From Candidatus Marinacidobacterales bacterium (GTDB lineage: Bacteria > Acidobacteriota > Vicinamibacteria > Marinacidobacterales > SMYC01), in assembly GCA_965224085.1 (NCBI GenBank), contig CBDCYI010000004.1, positions 224,001 to 288,000 on the forward strand: a stretch of 64,000 bases of DNA, written 5' to 3'. Under the pieces are notes generated by a model that saw only the letters and a list, made by a program, of their open reading frames with translations, did not search any database and was not told where the DNA came from. This document shows positions 49,332 through 59,828 of this stretch, piece after piece. The position numbers and the translations under genes were made by a program. Position 1 is the stretch's first letter. Every line of letters begins with the position of its first letter.

Positions 49332-50360
49332 ATGCCCGCCCCGACGAACGCCAAGCTGCTCGAGATTCAGGGGCTCACGACGTCCCTCGAGACGGATACC
49401 GGGCTCATCCGCCCCGTGAACGACGTATCGCTCTCGCTCGAAGCCGGCGAGACGCTGGCGCTCGTGGGCGAGTCCGGCTCCGGGAAATCGATGCTCGCCT
49501 TCTCTGTCATGCGGCTCTTGCCGAGCGCCGGCCGCTTCGAGAGCGGCCGCATCCTGTGGAAAGGGCGCGATATCTTGACGATCGGCCGTGAAGAGCTCCG
49601 ACGGATTCGAGGCAAAGAGATCGCACTCGTGTTTCAAGAAGCGGGCTCGGCGCTCAACCCCGTGCGTACGATTGGAAGCCAGCTTGCGGAGCCGCTCAGG
49701 ACGCATCTCGGCATGACGCGAAACGACGCGCGCGATCGCGCTGTCGAGCTTCTCCGTGAAGTCAGAATCCCCGACGCCGGGCGCCGGGTCCGCGATTACG
49801 CGCATCAGATGAGCGGCGGGATGAAGCAGCGGGTTTTGATCGCGATGGCCATTGCCTGCGACCCCGAGCTCGTGATTGCCGACGAGCCCACGACCGCGCT
49901 CGACGCAACGCTCCAAGCGCACATCCTCGAGCTCCTGCGCGAGCTCAAGGAAGAGCGGAGCTTGTCGCTTCTTCTCATCACCCACGACCTCGGCCTCGTC
50001 AAAGAAAACGCCGATAGGGTCGCAGTGATGTATGCCGGCCGGCTCGTCGAGGAGGGTCGGGTCGAGAGAGTTCTTGCCCACGCGGGCCATCCCTACACGG
50101 ACGGGCTCTGGCAGTCTCTTCCCAAAGCGCGCGGCGGCGAGCCGGGAAAGGCCGCGCTCAAAGCGATGGAAGGCACGGTGCCGCATCTCGCCACGCTCCC
50201 GCCCGGCTGCGCCTTCGGCCCGCGTTGCCCGGTCTTGTTCGAGCCGTGCGACCAAGAAGTACCTACGCTTCAGCGGGTCGGTAGCAAGAAGCATCACCGC
50301 ACGGCGTGCTACAAGAACGACGCCGTGCGAGAGGCAATGACGACGAGTGTCACTCGATGA
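49332..50360 (+). CDS. Peptide ABC transporter ATPase (DppD/OppD-like)
   Basis: [26 protein letters not shown]-terminal Cys domain. Confidence 0.9.
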   Translation: MPAPTNAKLLEIQGLTTSLETDTGLIRPVNDVSLSLEAGETLALVGESGSGKSMLAFSVMRLLPSAGRFESGRILWKGRDILTIGREELRRIRGKEIALVFQEAGSALNPVRTIGSQLAEPLRTHLGMTRNDARDRAVELLREVRIPDAGRRVRDYAHQMSGGMKQRVLIAMAIACDPELVIADEPTTALDATLQAHILELLRELKEERSLSLLLITHDLGLVKENADRVAVMYAGRLVEEGRVERVLAHAGHPYTDGLWQSLPKARGGEPGKAALKAMEGTVPHLATLPPGCAFGPRCPVLFEPCDQEVPTLQRVGSKKHHRTACYKNDAVREAMTTSVTR

Positions 50361-51160
50361 CGGATGCCGCGCCGAAGCCACCTCCCGTTCTCGTCTCGGC
50401 GCGCGACATCGTAAAGCTTTTTCCCATCCAGCATGGCCTCCTGAGGCGGCATAGCGGCGACGTGCGGGCGGTCGACGGCGTGAGCCTCGAAATATACACA
50501 GGCGAGACCCTTGCGCTCGTCGGTGAGTCCGGCTCAGGGAAGAGCACGCTCGGAAGGATCCTGCTGCGGCTGATCAACCCGACGCGCGGCAGCCTCGAGT
50601 TCGACGGCGTCGATCTCCTGACACTCGAGCGGGAGCCGCTTCGAAAGATGCGGCGCCGGATGCAAATCATCTTTCAAGATCCCTATTCCTCGCTCAACCC
50701 GACGATGACGGTGCGAACGATCGTGCGCGAACCGCTGACGATCCACCGCCTCGGCACGAAAGCGGAGCGCAACGAGCGAACGATGGAGCTTCTGGCGCTC
50801 GTCGGGCTGAAGTCGGAGCTTGCGGGCCGCTGCCCACACGAGCTCAGCGGCGGCGAGCGCCAGCGCGTCGGCATCGCGCGGGCTCTCGCGCTCGAGCCCG
50901 ATTTTCTCGTGGCCGACGAGCCGGTGACCGCGCTCGACGTCTCGATACAAGCGCAGATCCTCAACCTGCTGCTCGGGCTTCAGGAAAAATTGCAGCTGAC
51001 TTATCTGTTTATCGCTCACGATCTGCGCGTCGTCGAGCACGTCGCCGATCGAGTCGCAGTGATGCATCGGGGAAAGCTCGTCGAGCTCCAGTCCCGCGTG
51101 GAGCTTTTCGAACATCCAGAGCACGAGCACACGAAAGAGTTACTGGCGTCTATCCCGTAG
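50357..51160 (+). CDS. Peptide ABC transporter ATPase (DppF/OppF-like)
   Basis: [27 protein letters not shown]. Confidence 0.9.
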   Translation: MTDAAPKPPPVLVSARDIVKLFPIQHGLLRRHSGDVRAVDGVSLEIYTGETLALVGESGSGKSTLGRILLRLINPTRGSLEFDGVDLLTLEREPLRKMRRRMQIIFQDPYSSLNPTMTVRTIVREPLTIHRLGTKAERNERTMELLALVGLKSELAGRCPHELSGGERQRVGIARALALEPDFLVADEPVTALDVSIQAQILNLLLGLQEKLQLTYLFIAHDLRVVEHVADRVAVMHRGKLVELQSRVELFEHPEHEHTKELLASIP

Positions 51161-51187
51161 CAGGCCCTTAGCTATATACTCCCGCGC

Positions 51188-51835
51188 ATGCAGTTCGACC
51201 TTTTCGACGCTGGCGCCAATACCATTCTCGGGGCCGAAACCTACGTAGAATTCAAGGAAAAGCTGCGCGACAGTGGGTGTGATAAATGTGCTCTGCACGC
51301 GGGGCGGACGAACATCGTCGTCGACCGAGGCAACCCATCCGCTTATATCATGACGATTGGTGAGGGGCCTGGCGATAACGAAGACAAGCAAGCCCTCGCG
51401 TTCGTCGGTCGAGCGGGGCAACTTTTCGACAAGATCATGGACGCCGTGGGCATCGACACCAATCGCGACATGCTCGTCGCCAACGTCGTCAAGTGCCGGC
51501 CGCCGGAGAACCGCAACCCGCGCGCGGAGGAAGCGGCGGAATGTATTGCTTATTTGCAGCGTCAGATCGAGCTCGTCAAGCCGAAAGTCGTGCTACTGCT
51601 CGGAGCGACGGCGCTCAAGCACATGGACAAGTCGAAGCCGAGCTTTCAGATGAGCGACGAAGCGGGAAAGTTTTTTACGCTGCCCGACTATCCGGGGATC
51701 CAGTTCATGGTGCTCTACCACCCCGCCGCGCTTCTTTATAACGCGAAGCTCAAGCCTGCAATGTGGCAGCACGTGAAGCATCTGCGGCGGTATCTGGAGG
51801 AAAACGGGCTTTATAAGAAGGCGCGCGCGAGTTAG
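51188..51835 (+). CDS. Uracil-DNA glycosylase family 4
   Basis: CDKCALH, GEGPG, NVVKCRPPENR, YHPAALL. Confidence 0.92.
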   Translation: MQFDLFDAGANTILGAETYVEFKEKLRDSGCDKCALHAGRTNIVVDRGNPSAYIMTIGEGPGDNEDKQALAFVGRAGQLFDKIMDAVGIDTNRDMLVANVVKCRPPENRNPRAEEAAECIAYLQRQIELVKPKVVLLLGATALKHMDKSKPSFQMSDEAGKFFTLPDYPGIQFMVLYHPAALLYNAKLKPAMWQHVKHLRRYLEENGLYKKARAS

Positions 51836-51936
51836 CGCTCGGTGGGGACGAAGCGCTCAAGCTCCTCGAACCCAGTTCTGAACGAGGATGAGCTCCACGG
51901 CGCCAGCACCAGTCTTTTTGCGTCCATAGAGGCGTC

Positions 51937-52203
51937 CTAACGTCCATCGATCACGCGGAGCTGGGAACGCCGTGGGATCGCGAGAACGCGTATGCCGCAG
52001 GTGCGATAAAGCTCCTCTCTTATGGGCGCATCGACCAAAAGCTCGCGACCGCGCTTCCAGCTCTGACGTGCACCGGCTTTTCCGAAAAGGCCGACGCCTA
52101 GGCCTTTGAAGGAGGGATCGTGACGGAGTTGGTAGCGCACCCCGTCTAACCCTACTTTCCTCAAAGCAGCGGCCCATGATCCGCGGACGAGCTCATCGAT
52201 CAC
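51937..52203 (-). pseudogene. Possible RES-domain protein C-terminal fragment
   Basis: WAAAL...GLDGVRYQLRHDP...VGLFG resembles RES C-terminal motif; N-terminal half absent. Confidence 0.35.
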
Positions 52204-52277
52204 AATCCACGGAAGGACTCAGCTTGCGCTCAATTGGCAGAGCTTGGGTGGCGACGCGCGAAAAGCTGCACGTCTGC

Positions 52278-54104
52278 CTAAGGCCAGCGGGAAAGCTGAA
52301 CTTTGACTTCCAAGATTTGATTGTTGCGCCGGACTTTCGCGTTGACGGTCTCTCCCGGCCGTTTTTGCCGGAGAAGCGCTGTAGCCCGCCTACCCGTCGA
52401 CACGACGCGCCCATCGAGCTCCAGCAGCACGTCGCCCGCTTGCAGTCCGGCACGCGCGGCCGGCCCGCCATGCTCCACGTAAGAGAAGCGTACGCCGTCG
52501 CCGGTGAAGTTGTTGTCGACGCCGATACCGAAGTAGGCGGCCTCGTCCTCGGCCCGACGCCGGGAAACGATGTCGCCACCGCGCGACACACGGAGCACGG
52601 GTCGCTCGTCGGTACGCAGCAGAAAGTCGGCGACGTTATAGCTGAAACGGAGAACCCGCTCCACTCCCTCATAGTTGACGAACTGGGAATCGTCGGTGGG
52701 TTTGTGGTAGTCGCCGTGAAGTCCCGTAAACAGGAATAATGCCGGCACACCGGCACGGACGAACGACGCGTGATCGCTCGCGCCTGCGGCCGAGAAGCGG
52801 CCCGAATAGGTCAAGCCTTCGTCCTCGCTCAGCTCTGCCACAGCTTCTACGAGGCTCGGAACGAGCTCGACACCTCCAATGAAGATGCGGCTGTGGCGGA
52901 GCCGACCAATCATGTCGAGGTTCACCATCGCAATCGTGTCCTCGAGACGGCGCGTCGGGCTCTCCGTGTAGTGATAGGAGCCGCGAAGGCCGAGCTCTTC
53001 ACCCGCGAACGCCGCGAAGAGAATGCCGCGGGGACGATGCTCCATCTCGGAAAAGAGGCGGGCGAGCTCGAGCATGCCGGCGACGCCGGACGCGTTGTCG
53101 TCGGCGCCGTTATGGATCTGGCCCGTCGCCGTCCGCTCACGACTCCCCTTTTGCCCGAGCCCAAGATGATCGTAGTGCGCTCCGATCACGATGTGCTCGC
53201 GCGTCCTTCCGTAGGTGGGCGGCAAGTAGCCGAGCACGTTCGACACTTCCACAATCGTTCGCCGGAAGTCGATCGAAAGCTTGATCGAGACGCCTTCGAG
53301 CTCGACGGACCTCGGGACGAGTCGCTCATCGATACGGTGCTGGAGGTCGCGCAGGTTCAAGCCTTGCGCCCCGAGGATCTCCTCGGCATGTGCCCGGCCG
53401 AGATGCATGACGGGCACGGGAAGTCCCTCGGCACCGTCGTTCACTCCAAATGGCACGAGAGGATCCTCGCGATGATGCAGCGGGCCATTCACGATTATGA
53501 TCGCTGCGGCGCCATGGCTAATGGCGTTCTCGGCCTTGCGAACGAAAGTAGCGTGCCACCCGTTCTTATCGAAAGGTCCTCGCTCTAGCGCCTGCCCCGG
53601 AACATAGCGGAGCGCCATCACGATCTTTCCCTCGACGTCGATCCCGCTGTAATCGTCGTAATCGTGCTCGGGTGCGGTCACACCGTAGCCGACGAACACG
53701 ACGGAGGCCGAGACTTCGCCGGCAGAGCTGAACGTCATCGGGACGAAATCGGACGGATATTCCAGGGGTCGCTCACGCTCCGAGAATCGAAGCGCGACTT
53801 CTGTGTGACGCCCGATCTCTTTGTCGAGCTCTATACGGAACGTCTGGTAGAAACGGTCCTGCTCGCCCGCGGGGTCGAGTCCGATCTCTTCGAATTGCTT
53901 CGCGAGATAGGCCGCCGCTAAGCGAAGGCCTTTGTCGCCATTTCCCCGGCCGGCAAGCTCGTCCGAGGCAAGATATTGGATGTGCTCTTCGAGAAGCTTA
54001 CGCTCGATCTTGGGTTTTTCGATCGCGTGTAGTGTCGCGGCGATGGTAAGTGCCAGGCCGCCGACAGCGGCCACTTCGAGAGCTCGTCTTGCGACGGTTG
54101 TCAT
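52278..54104 (-). CDS. M28 family aminopeptidase with PA and PDZ domains
   Basis: GAHYDHLG, NGADDNASG, GEELGLRGS, NLDMIGR, HGDYHKPTD; C-terminal PDZ. Confidence 0.92.
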   Translation of the reverse strand: MTTVARRALEVAAVGGLALTIAATLHAIEKPKIERKLLEEHIQYLASDELAGRGNGDKGLRLAAAYLAKQFEEIGLDPAGEQDRFYQTFRIELDKEIGRHTEVALRFSERERPLEYPSDFVPMTFSSAGEVSASVVFVGYGVTAPEHDYDDYSGIDVEGKIVMALRYVPGQALERGPFDKNGWHATFVRKAENAISHGAAAIIIVNGPLHHREDPLVPFGVNDGAEGLPVPVMHLGRAHAEEILGAQGLNLRDLQHRIDERLVPRSVELEGVSIKLSIDFRRTIVEVSNVLGYLPPTYGRTREHIVIGAHYDHLGLGQKGSRERTATGQIHNGADDNASGVAGMLELARLFSEMEHRPRGILFAAFAGEELGLRGSYHYTESPTRRLEDTIAMVNLDMIGRLRHSRIFIGGVELVPSLVEAVAELSEDEGLTYSGRFSAAGASDHASFVRAGVPALFLFTGLHGDYHKPTDDSQFVNYEGVERVLRFSYNVADFLLRTDERPVLRVSRGGDIVSRRRAEDEAAYFGIGVDNNFTGDGVRFSYVEHGGPAARAGLQAGDVLLELDGRVVSTGRRATALLRQKRPGETVNAKVRRNNQILEVKVQLSRWP

Positions 54105-54227
54105 TACTTAAGTGAACCTACGGCCGAGGGTCTCGTCGAAGGGCAGCGACGCTCGGTGATTTCTAGATGTGAACTCCGGCTCCCAACGACCAGTATAGGC
54201 CGCGGCCGCCGCACATCCAAAAGCGAT

Positions 54228-54914
54228 TCATGCCGATCCGTGACCGCCCGGAAAGAGCGGAAGCGGCCTCGGCTCGAGCTCCTCCAGAACTTTCCATCCC
54301 CAGCTACGGCGCGTCTCATCGGGTAAACGCTGGTATCGCGCGTGATAGCGCCGCAAGAACACCGCGGTGGCGGCATTGACGTAGCCGCCGCCGCGGATGG
54401 GTCCGAACTCCGCGTCGTAGCGCGCGGCAATATCACCGAAAAGAGCGTCCCGACGCACTTTGGCGATAATCGACGCGGCGGCGACGGCGACGTGGTGCTG
54501 CTCGCCGAAATTGAACGCCCGCAGATGGGCGTAGCGCTGTCGCAGGAGCCCGAAGACTTTCTCGCCATCGGCGATGATGCGCTTGACGGCGACGGTTCGG
54601 TCGATGATGTTCGTGGCGGCGATGCGCTCAAGCGCGTTGAGAAGCCCGTGGTCGCAATAGCGGTCGACTTCTTCGTGGTCGCATACCACCACTTGCACGT
54701 CTTCGGCGAGGCGCCGGATATGCTTCGCTAGCTCCCCACGTTGCTCGCGCGCTTCCTCCCCTGCCCCGAACTCCTTCGAGTCGATGACCCCGCGCCGGGT
54801 CAGCGCCGAAGCGGCTTGAGGCTTGAGGACGACACCCGCCACCACCATCGGACCGAGAACCGGTCCGCGCCCTGCCTCGTCGATGCCGAGAATCACGGCC
54901 CTATGCTTTCTCAT
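54228..54914 (-). CDS. rnhB: Ribonuclease HII
   Basis: GIDEAGRGPVLGPMV, DSK, VAAASIIAKVRRD. Confidence 0.9.
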   Translation of the reverse strand: MRKHRAVILGIDEAGRGPVLGPMVVAGVVLKPQAASALTRRGVIDSKEFGAGEEAREQRGELAKHIRRLAEDVQVVVCDHEEVDRYCDHGLLNALERIAATNIIDRTVAVKRIIADGEKVFGLLRQRYAHLRAFNFGEQHHVAVAAASIIAKVRRDALFGDIAARYDAEFGPIRGGGYVNAATAVFLRRYHARYQRLPDETRRSWGWKVLEELEPRPLPLFPGGHGSA

Positions 54915-55007
54915 CGAAGGCACCGGTTGCAACGATAAACGCAACCGGCTAAAAGTATGAGCCAAGTCACAGGGGTTCCAACGAGAATTGAAGGAGACTC
55001 TGAACAT

Positions 55008-56465
55008 ATGAGTCCAACGGAGACAAAAGGAGAGGGCGTCTACAACGTCGTCGCGATTGGTGCCGGTACAGCAGGTCTCGTCACATCGGCGGGGACGGTC
55101 GGGCTCGGTGGACGCGCCGCGCTCATCGAGGCCAAGAAGATGGGAGGCGATTGCCTGAACTACGGATGCGTTCCGTCCAAGGCGTTGATCTCCTCTGCGA
55201 AGCTCGTCGAGCGCATCCGCCATGCCAGGAAAATGGGTCTCGCGGAGATGGAGCCCTCCTTCCGGTTCGAAGACGTCTTTGCCCGCATGCGAGAGCGCCG
55301 CGCCAAGATCGAGCCGAACGACTCCGTCGAGCGATTCGAAGGCCTGGGTGTCGACGTCTTTCAAGCGCGTGCAAAGTTCGTCTCACCTCATGAAGTGGAG
55401 CTCGATGACGGCACGCGGCTAAAAGCCCGCAATTTCGTTATCGCGACCGGGACCACGGCACTCGTGCTACCCATCCCGGGGCTCGACACCGTGCCCTATT
55501 ACACGAATGAGACGATCTTCGACGAGATGCCGAAGGCCCCTTCCTCGATGATCATTCTCGGTGGAGGGCCGATTGGCTGCGAGTTCGCACAAGTCATGCG
55601 TCGGCTCGGCGTTCGCGTCAAGCTCGTGGAGCTTCTCCCCCGGCTTCTTCCTCGAGACGACGCCGATGCGAGCGGGCTCATAACCCAGCGATTCGCCGAC
55701 GAAGGCATCGAAGTCTTGACGGTCACGAAAGCCACGAGCTTCGAGCACAAAAACGGCGTCACCGTCGCGACCGTTGAGAACGAGAGCGGCGAGCGCAAGC
55801 TCGAAGCCGAAGCCTTGCTCGTCGCCACGGGCCGGAAGGCGAATGTCGAGAACCTCGGTCTCGAGGAAGCGGGCGTGGCCTACGATCGCCGCGGCGTCAC
55901 CGTCGACGAGACGCTCACAACGTCGCAGCCTCACATCTTCGCCTGCGGGGACGTCGCCGGGCCCTACCAGTTCACGCACACGGCGGACTACCAGGCGCGC
56001 GTCGTCGTACGAAACATTCTTATGCCCTGGTTCAAGTCGAAAGCCAATTACACATGGGTGCCTTGGGTGACCTATACCGACCCTGAAGTCGCGCAGTGCG
56101 GTCTCACGGACGAGGAAGCGAAGAAGAAAAACGTCGGCTATGACGTCTTCCGCTCCGACTGGGAGGACTTGGACCGCGCCATCACCGACAGCGAAACGAC
56201 GGGGTTCGTCAAAGTGCTCACCAAGAAAGGCACGGACCAAATCCTCGGAGCAACGGTCGTCGGCGTTCATGGTGGCGAAGTCATGCACGAGCTTCTCGTG
56301 GCAGCTAAACACGGCATCGGCCTCTCGAAGCTTTCCGGAACGATCCACGCCTATCCGACACTGTCGGCTTCCGTGCAGCGCGTCGCCGATGCGTACCAGA
56401 AGACGAAGCTGACGCCGACGGTCGCGAACATCTTCAAATGGCTCTACAAGCGGAGGCGCGCCTGA
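55008..56465 (+). CDS. FAD-dependent pyridine nucleotide-disulfide oxidoreductase (MerA/Lpd-like)
   Basis: AAGGAG RBS, GAGTAG, GGDCLNYGCVPSK, GGGPIG, HAYPT. Confidence 0.9.
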   Translation: MSPTETKGEGVYNVVAIGAGTAGLVTSAGTVGLGGRAALIEAKKMGGDCLNYGCVPSKALISSAKLVERIRHARKMGLAEMEPSFRFEDVFARMRERRAKIEPNDSVERFEGLGVDVFQARAKFVSPHEVELDDGTRLKARNFVIATGTTALVLPIPGLDTVPYYTNETIFDEMPKAPSSMIILGGGPIGCEFAQVMRRLGVRVKLVELLPRLLPRDDADASGLITQRFADEGIEVLTVTKATSFEHKNGVTVATVENESGERKLEAEALLVATGRKANVENLGLEEAGVAYDRRGVTVDETLTTSQPHIFACGDVAGPYQFTHTADYQARVVVRNILMPWFKSKANYTWVPWVTYTDPEVAQCGLTDEEAKKKNVGYDVFRSDWEDLDRAITDSETTGFVKVLTKKGTDQILGATVVGVHGGEVMHELLVAAKHGIGLSKLSGTIHAYPTLSASVQRVADAYQKTKLTPTVANIFKWLYKRRRA

Positions 56466-57157
56466 TGGCGGCAAGGAAATATCTCAAGGCCGCAATCGTA
56501 GTGTTGGCGATTGCCGCGATCGTTGTCGCCGCGCGACAGCTCCCGATCGAGAGCTGGCTCCAATCTCTCAATGTCTGGGTCGCGGATCTAGGTGTTTTTG
56601 GCATGGTCATCTTCGCGCTCGTTTATGCAGGAGCGACCGTGCTGATGATCCCGGGCTCGCTTCTTACGCTCGCCGCCGGCGCGGTGTTCGGACTCGTTCC
56701 CGGTTTCGTCACGGTCTGGAACGGCGCGACTCTCGGCGCCGCGCTCGCCTTTCTCGTCTCGCGCTTTCTCGCACGCAAACGGGTCGAGGCGTGGATTCAG
56801 GAGAAGCCGTCATTCAGCCTCATCGACAAAGCCGTCGCCAAAGAAGGCTGGAAGATCGTCTTTCTCACACGGCTATCGCCCGTCTTTCCATTCAACTTTC
56901 AAAACTTCGCTTACGGTCTGACGAGCGTTTCTTTCTGGCACTACGTGCTTGCCTCGTGGACGGGCATGATCCCCGGCTCGTTTCTCTATGTGTATTTCGG
57001 AACCCTCGGGCGCAGCGGGCTCGAAGCCGCGTCGGGCGCAGCCAGCGAGCAGACGTTGAAGCTCGCGCTGCAAGTCGTCGGCCTTCTCGCGACCCTCGCG
57101 GTGACGGTGCTCATTACCCGCACGGCGAAAAAAGCGCTGAACGAAGCCGGCGTTTAG
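56465..57157 (+). CDS. TVP38/TMEM64 (VTT/DedA) family membrane protein
   Basis: PGSLLTLAAGAVFG, RLSPVFPFN, TGMIPG. Confidence 0.9.
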   Translation: MAARKYLKAAIVVLAIAAIVVAARQLPIESWLQSLNVWVADLGVFGMVIFALVYAGATVLMIPGSLLTLAAGAVFGLVPGFVTVWNGATLGAALAFLVSRFLARKRVEAWIQEKPSFSLIDKAVAKEGWKIVFLTRLSPVFPFNFQNFAYGLTSVSFWHYVLASWTGMIPGSFLYVYFGTLGRSGLEAASGAASEQTLKLALQVVGLLATLAVTVLITRTAKKALNEAGV

Positions 57158-57996
57158 TTACCGCCCATATGCTCGGCATGGAGCTCGGGATTGAGCCTCT
57201 TCATGCGCTTTCGTGCCTCGCGCAGCAAACGCTCGTTCCCGGATCTCCCGAGCGCGACACTCAGGCACTTCCAAAACGCCAGGGCGCGTTCGTCGTCCTC
57301 TACCGGCTCGACTGGATCCCCCTCGAAAGCGTCGAGCTCCTGGGGTAGCGGCCAGAGCCGGCGTATCGCACCGAGACACGCGAGCCACCGGGGAGCCAGA
57401 TCTTCTGCGAGTAGGTCCGATACAGCTTCGTCCTCCAGGTCCAATGGACGAATATCGTGCCCAAGGATCAACGCGTCCCGAACCGCGTTTCGACCTTCCA
57501 TGGCGTCATCGAGCGCATAAAGAGAGTTGGCGATCGACACGACGTATTCTGGATCCCGTCGGATGAGCTCGGCGGGGCTCTCGAGCACAAAGAGCCGCTC
57601 AAAGAAAGCGTTGCGCGCCCTCCGGAAACGCTGGCCGCCACCATCGAGCTCGCGGGCGATTGTCTTGAAGCCCGAGAGTCTCTCGCCCGGCTCGACCGGG
57701 CGCTCCCAGAAATCGGCGCCTAGCCGTTCGAGATAGCCAAGCCCAGGAGGAACAGCGCCGGCTCCGTAGATCTCCTGGAGCCTGTTTTTGATCTCGAGCG
57801 CCTTGCGGTAATCCGCGCAGCTGAGGGCTTGTTCAAGCTCCCCGATCATGAGGACTCGGTCTTGGAAAAGAAACATTTGTTGTGAGAAATCTTCGTCCGG
57901 AGATGGCGGCGGGGGCCGGGGTGTTCTCTCGACGCGAAGTACGCGGACTTCGACGGGATCGAATAGCGGCTTTTGACGGGAGCGGGGACGATTCAT
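57154..57996 (-). CDS. Hypothetical protein
   Basis: 280-aa ORF filling the space between neighbours; no recognised motif. Confidence 0.55.
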   Translation of the reverse strand: MNRPRSRQKPLFDPVEVRVLRVERTPRPPPPSPDEDFSQQMFLFQDRVLMIGELEQALSCADYRKALEIKNRLQEIYGAGAVPPGLGYLERLGADFWERPVEPGERLSGFKTIARELDGGGQRFRRARNAFFERLFVLESPAELIRRDPEYVVSIANSLYALDDAMEGRNAVRDALILGHDIRPLDLEDEAVSDLLAEDLAPRWLACLGAIRRLWPLPQELDAFEGDPVEPVEDDERALAFWKCLSVALGRSGNERLLREARKRMKRLNPELHAEHMGGN

Positions 57997-58048
57997 CGCA
58001 GCACGACGCAACCGGAGGAGAGTTTATCAGCTCTGCCGTATATCGAAC

Positions 58049-58374
58049 CTACGGCGAACGAGGGGCCTTGTGTTTTAGCTCCTCCGCCCAACCTAAGATC
58101 ACGGTGAGTTCGGTAGCGACGGAGTCGGCGCGCTTTATCATGAGGAAGCGTTTTCCATCGGCAGACACGTCGTAGTTGATGAGACGGCTTTGGCCTCGCG
58201 CTCGAAGCGCTGCTTTCGCTCGGGGCTCTCGGCGAAGTGGTCAAGAAGAACTTTTACCGCGACGGTCCGGTCTAAGCGAGTGCCCCTGGCCGTATAGACC
58301 TCACCTATGCCTCCGGCTCCGATCTGAGCGAGGATCTCGTAGGGACCCAGGCGAGTCCCCGAGCTTAGGGCCAT
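58049..58374 (-). pseudogene. Ser/Thr kinase-TolB gene collapsed by a large internal deletion
   Basis: N-terminus MALSSGTRLGPYEILAQIGAGGIGEVY...VAVKVL...RFEREAKAVS joined out of frame to the tail YDVSADGKRFLMIK...VILGWAEELK. Confidence 0.8.
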
Positions 58375-58580
58375 GGGATACGTCTCGATCGCAACTTAGC
58401 GGATCGATAGCTGGGATTCAACCTGCCTGTGTCTGGGAACGGCGACTACAGTCCGAGTCAGCCTTCAAGGCAGGAAGGGCAGTGCCTCTTCGAGTGGCAC
58501 TGCGAAAAGACGCTGCTACACGCCATCCCCGTCTGCTACGATTCAGCCAACAGGCCAACAGGCCATCAGGTCGAGGACGT

Positions 58581-58931
58581 ATGCCGATGGAGATCACGTC
58601 GGTCAAGTTATGCTCATGGCCCAGGACATGGCGCGCGACCCGCTTTTATCGCGATGTCATCGGACTCGAAGTGAAGTTCGAATCGCCTGAGTGGACCGAG
58701 CTCGCTTACGGAAACGCCATCGTCGCCCTTCACGGAGGCGGCAAAGGAGAGTTTCGCACCACCGGTTTGGGCATCCAAGTGAAAGACATCCGCGCCGCCT
58801 GCCGCGCTGTGGAAGCCGGAGGCGGGAAAATCGCTTCGCCGCCGAGGGAGCGTCCGGGCGAGCCCATCATCCTCGCCGATATCGTCGACACCGAAGGCAA
58901 CCAGTTTTCGCTCACCGAATACAGCGCGTAG
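58581..58931 (+). CDS. VOC/glyoxalase family protein (short out-of-frame patch near 58605-58635)
   Basis: FYRDVIGL, WTEL, DTEGNQFSL; alternative frame gives MLMAQDMAR, which better fits a VOC N-terminus. Confidence 0.75.
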   Translation: MPMEITSVKLCSWPRTWRATRFYRDVIGLEVKFESPEWTELAYGNAIVALHGGGKGEFRTTGLGIQVKDIRAACRAVEAGGGKIASPPRERPGEPIILADIVDTEGNQFSLTEYSA

Positions 58932-59006
58932 CTGCCTGTCAAGTCCGACCTGAATACCTCACTCCGTTGAACGGGATTCGATATCGGAACAAGTCGACTT
59001 AACGAA

Positions 59007-59042
59007 CGCGTGATTATAGACCCCCGCGTGATTATAGACCCC
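59007..59042. repeat. 18-bp tandem duplication CGCGTGATTATAGACCCC x2
   Basis: Two exact adjacent copies. Confidence 0.9.
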
Positions 59043-59227
59043 TAGAAGGGTCGACTGTGACGGTCGAGGCGAACGGTCTCTCGTTCGTCGAGTCTTCGTT
59101 GAGTCCTAGGTGACACGATTCTAGTGATGATGGAGTTGAAGCTCGCATCAGGACCTGAATCATGTGACAATTCCGCAAATCGAGCTGCACCGAGCGCTCG
59201 ACACATACCGACACCAGGCGGACTAGT

Positions 59228-59806
59228 ATGCGTAATCTAGTCTTTGCCACATTTCTGCTGGCGGCACCCGTCGGTCTCACTCAAGATGCGGAAAGAGAAT
59301 CCTTCCGAGCGTTCGCTGTCGTCATGGGAATCCACGCCGCGGGTCAGACCAACACGTTTCAAGTCACCATCGACCGCTGGAGCACGAACGACGAGCGCCA
59401 AGAGCTCTTTGTCGCGCTGGCGGAGACCGATCAGGACGGCCTCATCAAAGCACTCCAGATCCAGGAGGAGTGTGGTTTTCTTAGTATGACGGGGACCCGA
59501 GGCCCGGTCATGCGCCGCGGCTCGTTCCCAAGTCAGAGGATCAAGTACGCCCGCGACTTCCGCATGGACGGCAAACGGCGTATCGTCCTCGACCTCGACC
59601 GGCCCATTCCCTACTGGGAGACCGTGAATCGACCTCGGACCTACGACTCGAGCATCATCGTCCTCGACCTCGACGAAGAGGACGAGGGTCAGGGCATCAT
59701 GGCGATCGGCGTCAGGATCAACCTCGATACTGAAGCGAAGCAGCTCGAAATCGAGAACTATTCGTCCGAGCCCGTGCGTCTGACCGTCGTCAGCAAGTCC
59801 TCCTGA
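59228..59806 (+). CDS. Secreted hypothetical protein
   Basis: Signal peptide; IDRWST..ER, DRPIPYWE, IENYSSEPVRL. Confidence 0.7.
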   Translation: MRNLVFATFLLAAPVGLTQDAERESFRAFAVVMGIHAAGQTNTFQVTIDRWSTNDERQELFVALAETDQDGLIKALQIQEECGFLSMTGTRGPVMRRGSFPSQRIKYARDFRMDGKRRIVLDLDRPIPYWETVNRPRTYDSSIIVLDLDEEDEGQGIMAIGVRINLDTEAKQLEIENYSSEPVRLTVVSKSS

Positions 59807-59828
59807 CGGTTGGGGTCGATAACTTTAG

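Noticed and set aside
54915-55364. Long N-terminal extension of RNase HII
   Set aside because: Overlaps the divergent oxidoreductase gene; the RNase HII motif begins right after ATG 54914.
55008-56465. True mercuric reductase merA
   Set aside because: No C-terminal vicinal Cys pair, no N-terminal metal-binding domain and no mer operon; pairing with a TVP38 protein fits the generic MerA-like family.
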